Shown: positions 36,450 through 37,913 of the stretch, piece by piece
Layout of the letters: every line of letters starts with the position of its first letter
Position numbering within the stretch: the first letter of the stretch is position 1
Assembly (NCBI GenBank): GCA_040376155.1
Contig: JBEIRG010000002.1
Coordinates: 1 to 37,913, forward strand
Source: Sphaerobacterales bacterium
Lineage (GTDB): Bacteria; Chloroflexota; Chloroflexia; Thermomicrobiales; UBA6265
DNA: 37,913 nt
Reading direction: 5' to 3'
Translations under genes and position numbers: made by a program
The notes under the pieces: generated by a model
The model's database searches: none
The model's input: the letters and a program-made list of their open reading frames with translations, nothing else
What the model was told of the DNA's origin: nothing

Positions 36450-36863
36450 TCAGGGCCGGGTGTTGGGCTGGGAGGGGTCGAAGCTGCCGGTGTCGCTGGC
36501 GAGATCGTCGTCGAGCCGATCCGGGCGAGCGGCGTACCGGTCGGACTCCTCGCCGGGCGGGGTATCGCCGAGGCCCCAGTCGACATCGGGCCGGGGGGTG
36601 AATGCGCCGAGGGTCATGAGGGCGGCCTCGCGCAGGTCGAGCGGGGCGGTGGTCATCAGCACTTCAGCGAGGCGCTGGGCCTGCCGCGAGTCGACGCCGG
36701 CGTCCGGAGCGAGACCAAACTCCCCCGCCATCGCTGCGAGAACGTGCGGCAGGCCGACACCGAAGGCGCGCGCGATGGCGTCGGCCGTGAACCGGGCGTC
36801 GATGCCCTGCGATTCGCCTGCCGGGAGGGGAGCGTCGTCTGGATTGCCGGAACTGGCGGACAT
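36450..36863 (-). CDS. Hypothetical protein with a possible helix-turn-helix and an acidic disordered C-terminus
   Basis: ATG 36863 lies about 8-9 nt after GAGGG. FTADAIARAFGVGLPHVLAAMAGEFG looks HTH-like. The upstream part of the track ORF (to 37151) is antisense to rnz. Confidence 0.4.
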   Translation of the reverse strand: MSASSGNPDDAPLPAGESQGIDARFTADAIARAFGVGLPHVLAAMAGEFGLAPDAGVDSRQAQRLAEVLMTTAPLDLREAALMTLGAFTPRPDVDWGLGDTPPGEESDRYAARPDRLDDDLASDTGSFDPSQPNTRP

Positions 36864-36966
36864 GATGGTGGCCCTCGTCTGGTCGCCCGTGCCGCCGTCG
36901 GCCCGGAGCCCTACACTCGCGGGTGCAGGATACATGGCCCAACGCGGCGCATGGGCGGGAGGATCG

Positions 36967-37881
36967 ATGCTGGAGCCGGTGCTGCTGGGGACGGGAGGGA
37001 TGTTGCCGCTGCCCGGGCGCTGGCTGTCGAGCCTGCTGCTCCGGCATGAAGGCGACCTTATGCTCTTCGATTGCGGCGAGGGAACGCAGGTCGCCTGGCG
37101 GGTGACCGGATGGGGATTCAAGCGTCTGGCTGCGATCTGCATCACGCACACGCATGCCGATCACGTCTCGGGATTGCCGGGGTTGCTGCATGCCGTGGCG
37201 AACGCCGGGCGCACCGAACCGCTCCCGATCTTCGGGCCGGTTGGGACAAAGCGCATCGTGCGGGGCCTCCGGACCATCGCGCCGGATCTGCCGTTCACGG
37301 CTCCGGTCCGGGAACTCGCCGGTGGCGTGCCTTTTTCGCTGCCGGGAGGCCTGCGCGGGTCGGTGGCAGCCGGGTCACATGCGCTCCATGTGCTGGCGTA
37401 TCGGATCGACGTGCCGCGAGGTCCGAGGTTCCTCGCCGAGCGCGCTGCCGATCTCGGCGTGCCGAGGGCCGACTGGGGGCGGCTCCAGTCGGGAAAGCCG
37501 GTCAGGGTGGGCAGGGCGCGGATTGCGCCGGAGCAGGTGCTGGGGCCAGCGCGCGAGGGGCTTTCGTTCGCCTACGTAACGGACACCCGGCCGCTCCCGG
37601 CCCTCGCCGCGCTCGCGCGCGGGGTGGATCTGATGGTCTGTGAGGGAACGTACGGCAACCCGGACGATCAGCGAAAGGCGATCGAACGCTGCCACATGAC
37701 CTTTGCCGAAGCCGCGACACTGGCCAGCGACGCCGCCGCGCGGAGGCTCTGGCTGACACACTTCAGCCCGGCGCTCGATGATCCCGTCGCGTGGCGCGAG
37801 CAGGCGGCGGCGATTTTCCCCACGGTGGAAATCGGCTACGCGGGACTGAGGACGCTGCTCTCATTCAGGGAGGATGAGTGA
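36967..37881 (+). CDS. rnz: Ribonuclease Z (metallo-beta-lactamase fold tRNA 3' endonuclease)
   Basis: MLEPVLLGTGGMLPLPGRWLSS.., histidine motif ITHTHADHVSG, C-terminal LWLTHFS. GGGAGGA just upstream of ATG 36967. The 690-aa track ORF from 35809 is an artefactual N-terminal extension antisense to rusA and the hypothetical gene. Confidence 0.85.
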   Translation: MLEPVLLGTGGMLPLPGRWLSSLLLRHEGDLMLFDCGEGTQVAWRVTGWGFKRLAAICITHTHADHVSGLPGLLHAVANAGRTEPLPIFGPVGTKRIVRGLRTIAPDLPFTAPVRELAGGVPFSLPGGLRGSVAAGSHALHVLAYRIDVPRGPRFLAERAADLGVPRADWGRLQSGKPVRVGRARIAPEQVLGPAREGLSFAYVTDTRPLPALAALARGVDLMVCEGTYGNPDDQRKAIERCHMTFAEAATLASDAAARRLWLTHFSPALDDPVAWREQAAAIFPTVEIGYAGLRTLLSFREDE

Positions 37882-37913
37882 CCTTGGTGGGAGCCGTGGC
37901 GATGGCGCGCACC

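Noticed and set aside
35809-36966. N-terminal 386 codons of the 690-aa plus-strand ORF ending at 37881
   Set aside because: Only the last 304 codons (from ATG 36967, preceded by GGGAGGA) look like RNase Z. The upstream part is antisense to rusA and the hypothetical gene and is low-complexity.

Overview
High-GC, densely coding bacterial chromosomal window. All product calls come from motif recognition by eye; no database search was possible. I cannot assign the taxon from sequence alone.

Most of the window is core metabolism and transport:
- A 5'-truncated mrpA followed by mrpBCDEFG (Na+/H+ antiporter), linked by 4-nt start/stop overlaps.
- A GAF/HisKA_2 sensor kinase, an S9 peptidase and an aldehyde dehydrogenase.
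- An orphan nuoG-nuoI pair, then gatB, glutamate dehydrogenase and an S41 C-terminal protease.
- A response-regulator-pstSCAB-phoU phosphate operon.
- An LLM oxidoreductase, a SpoU/TrmH methyltransferase, mgtC, guaA, a rusA-like resolvase and RNase Z.

Accessory-looking genes:
- A low-GC, Lys-rich secreted protein with a P-domain and a cadherin-like domain (11.3-12.3 kb).
- A block at 25.6-31 kb: a secreted triple-Excalibur protein, an atypical receiver protein, a SprT-like protein, an M20 peptidase, a secreted acidic protein with a (GTTGCC)n/(Gly-Asn)9 repeat, and a small orphan ORF.

The standout observation is a glutaredoxin-like/PDZ fusion gene (33542-34096, minus strand).
- Its reading frame is interrupted by a single in-frame TGA exactly at the first Cys of the CxxC redox motif, giving U-P-W-C.
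- A perfect hairpin lies 15 nt downstream of the TGA.
- This makes it a candidate selenoprotein that the ORF track truncates. The alternative is a very recent pseudogene.

I recognised no rRNA, tRNA, CRISPR array, IS element or prophage. Many long antisense ORFs in the track are typical high-GC artefacts.
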